Below are positions 62,208-64,000 of a stretch of 64,000 nucleotides of DNA, piece by piece. The stretch spans positions 52,204,001 through 52,268,000 of the forward strand of contig CM068743.1 of NCBI GenBank assembly GCA_035084275.1, given 5' to 3'. Position numbers and translations under genes: made by a program. This stretch comes from Hydrolagus colliei (taxonomy: Eukaryota). Under the pieces are notes generated by a model, which searched no databases, was not told where the DNA came from, and saw only the letters and a list, made by a program, of their open reading frames with translations. Positions within the stretch are counted from its first letter, which is position 1. Each line of letters opens with the position of its first letter.

Positions 62208-62518
62208 AAATAATAATCTTGCATTTGACCTAGGATTTTTCACGTCTTCTAGATGTCTCAAAGCACTTTACAGAATATACCATAAAGTGAATTGAATGTA
62301 TAATTGTGGATGAAACACAGCAGCCAATTGCGCACAGCGATGTCCCACAAACAGTCGTGGATTGAGTGAATAAATTGCTATTGTGTTTTTCTTGAGGGAT
62401 TATTATTTGTCATGTGGAGTAAGGAAACTTGCCCAAGGTTTAGCCCTCCCGAGAATTGAACCAAGGGTCTCTTTGCTGGTGAAATGAGTGCTCTAGCCAC
62501 AGAGCTACAGGAGTCCAC
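62208..62518 (-). mobile_element. tRNA-derived SINE, full length (short variant)
   Basis: Full match to the family. Confidence 0.9.
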
Positions 62519-62539
62519 AGTAGTGTCCCTCCACAGGAC

Positions 62540-62702
62540 TCCACTTCGACCGTGCCTTCGGCTCCCCCACTAACTCTTCCCCCTCTCCTTCCCCCTATCC
62601 CGCCCCCCCCACCACCAACCTGCTCGGGTCCCGACCTGACTATTCAGTGCTTTCCTCCCGACGTGAAAGGCGCTATATAAGTGCAATTTTGTTGTTGTTG
62701 TA
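62540..62702 (+). mobile_element. L2 subfamily-A 3' UTR/tail
   Basis: ttcgaccgtgccttcgg...cccgacgtgaaaggcgctatataagtgcaattttgttgttg. Confidence 0.88.
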
Positions 62703-62708
62703 GTATGT

Positions 62709-62890
62709 GTGGAGTCCTGTAGTTCAGGACCACTCGTGTCGCAAGCAAGTGGACCTGGGTTCATTTGCCATGCAGGGCGAAACGTTGGATAAGTTTCCTT
62801 ATTTCACGCGCCTCTGTTTACTAATACAGTACTAGGTAGAAACTCGGGTGTCAGTCAATTGGCTGATGGCTTTTCCAGTAGTAATAAGCC
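62709..62890 (+). mobile_element. SINE 5' half (long variant)
   Basis: gtggagtcctgtag...tcgcaagcaagtggacctgggttc...gcctctgtttacta. Confidence 0.8.
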
Positions 62891-62915
62891 ATTAAATAAC
62901 TTGTAATAATACTGC

Positions 62916-63660
62916 CTTGCAGCTCAGTGGTTAGAGCATTGCCTTGCATGTGAGAAACTTGGGCTCGATTAAAGGCAGGGTGAAAACTTGGGCAAGTTTC
63001 TTTACTCCACATGCATACTAATAATCCCTCAAAAAATATATATTAGCCAATTCAATCCATGACTGTTTGTGGTACACTGCTGTGCAATTGGCCGCTGCAC
63101 TTCACCCATAAATATACAGTCAATTCACTTTATAGTACCCTCTGTGAAGCACTTTGAAACATCTAGCTCATGCAGAATTCCACCACTTGTATTCTCACCC
63201 AAACCAAACTTCATTCCTCGGTTACTCCAGTCCTCGCCAGACTTCTCTGGCTCCCTGTCACAGAGTGGATTAACTTCAGGATCTTCACTTGGGATGTCCT
63301 CCCGACGTGAAAGGCGCTATATAAGTGCAATTTCGTTGTTGTTGTTGTTCACTCTTGTGTTTAAATCCCTTGACTCCTCTGCACCCCCTTACCTCTCTAA
63401 CCTCCTCTCTCCTCACAGCAATGCTCGCTGCTTCCGCTCTCCTGTGCTGCCCTCCTTCTTGTCCCCCGAATCCTCTGCTCCACCATCGGTGGCCTTGCAT
63501 TCGGGAATTACTTGCCAAAACTCTGAAGCTCCCTCCCTCAATCCCTTTGCTGCACCCCCTCCTTTTCCATTTTCAGGTTGTGCTATATAAATGCAAGTTG
63601 TTGTCTAGAAGACGTGAAAATCGTTATATCAAATGCAAAGATTATTATTATTATAATAAT
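62916..63660 (+). mobile_element. SINE containing a nested L2-B fragment (63167-63603), which itself contains an L2-A tail (63290-63347)
   Basis: TSD tctag at 63162-63166 and 63604-63608; TSD ttcact at 63284-63289 and 63348-63353. The SINE tail resumes at 63604. Confidence 0.85.
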
Positions 63661-63799
63661 TTGGTCACTGAATTAACATTGCAGATTATTCTATGAGGTG
63701 TTTTGAGACATCTTGAAGACTTGATAAAGCTCTAAAAGAAATGCATGTATTATTATTATTATAAATAACTGTTCAAGGTGTGGGGTGCTTACTTGTCTC

Positions 63800-64000
63800 G
63801 AATTTAAGATCCTCGTCCTCACCTACAAGGCCTTACACGGCCTTGCCCCATCCTACCTAGCAGATCTACTCTCCCCCTACACGCCCACCCGCACCCTCCG
63901 TTCAACAGGACTTGGCCTACTCCAAGCCCCCCGCCCGAACCGCCCCACCATCGGAGGCCGGGCCTTCAGTTTCTCCGCTCCCACCTTATGGAATGCCATC
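63800..64000 (+). mobile_element. L2 ORF2 C-terminal fragment running off the window end
   Basis: FKILVLTYKALHGLAPSYLADLLSPYTPTRTLRSTGLGLLQAP...IGGRAFSFSAPTLWNAI, open and CpG-rich. Confidence 0.93.

Overview
AT-rich, repeat-dense vertebrate DNA. The repeat content (CR1- and L2-clade LINE 3' ends, Deu-domain SINE relics, a tRNA-headed SINE with an L2-like tail, palindromic Penelope-type termini) suggests a cartilaginous fish, possibly a holocephalan; this is inference. I found no intact host protein-coding gene, and the window reads as a long intron or gene desert. The recognisable ORFs are decayed LINE ORF2 fragments plus one frameshifted PIF/Harbinger transposase relic (~41.3-42.1 kb). Most notable observations: (1) a ~206-bp palindromic element with a perfect 16-bp target-site duplication and minimal hammerhead-ribozyme cores (44.2-44.4 kb), with a second partial copy at 17.5 kb; (2) a decayed ~350-bp 28S rRNA segment running from the peptidyl-transferase region to the sarcin-ricin loop (24.6-24.9 kb); (3) several isolated 45-60 bp near-perfect hairpins; (4) nested transposon insertions with readable TSDs; (5) unique blocks rich in Pbx/Meis/Hox and CTCF-like motifs that may be conserved enhancers. 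Repeat boundaries were read by eye and are approximate (tens of bp). No database searches were run.
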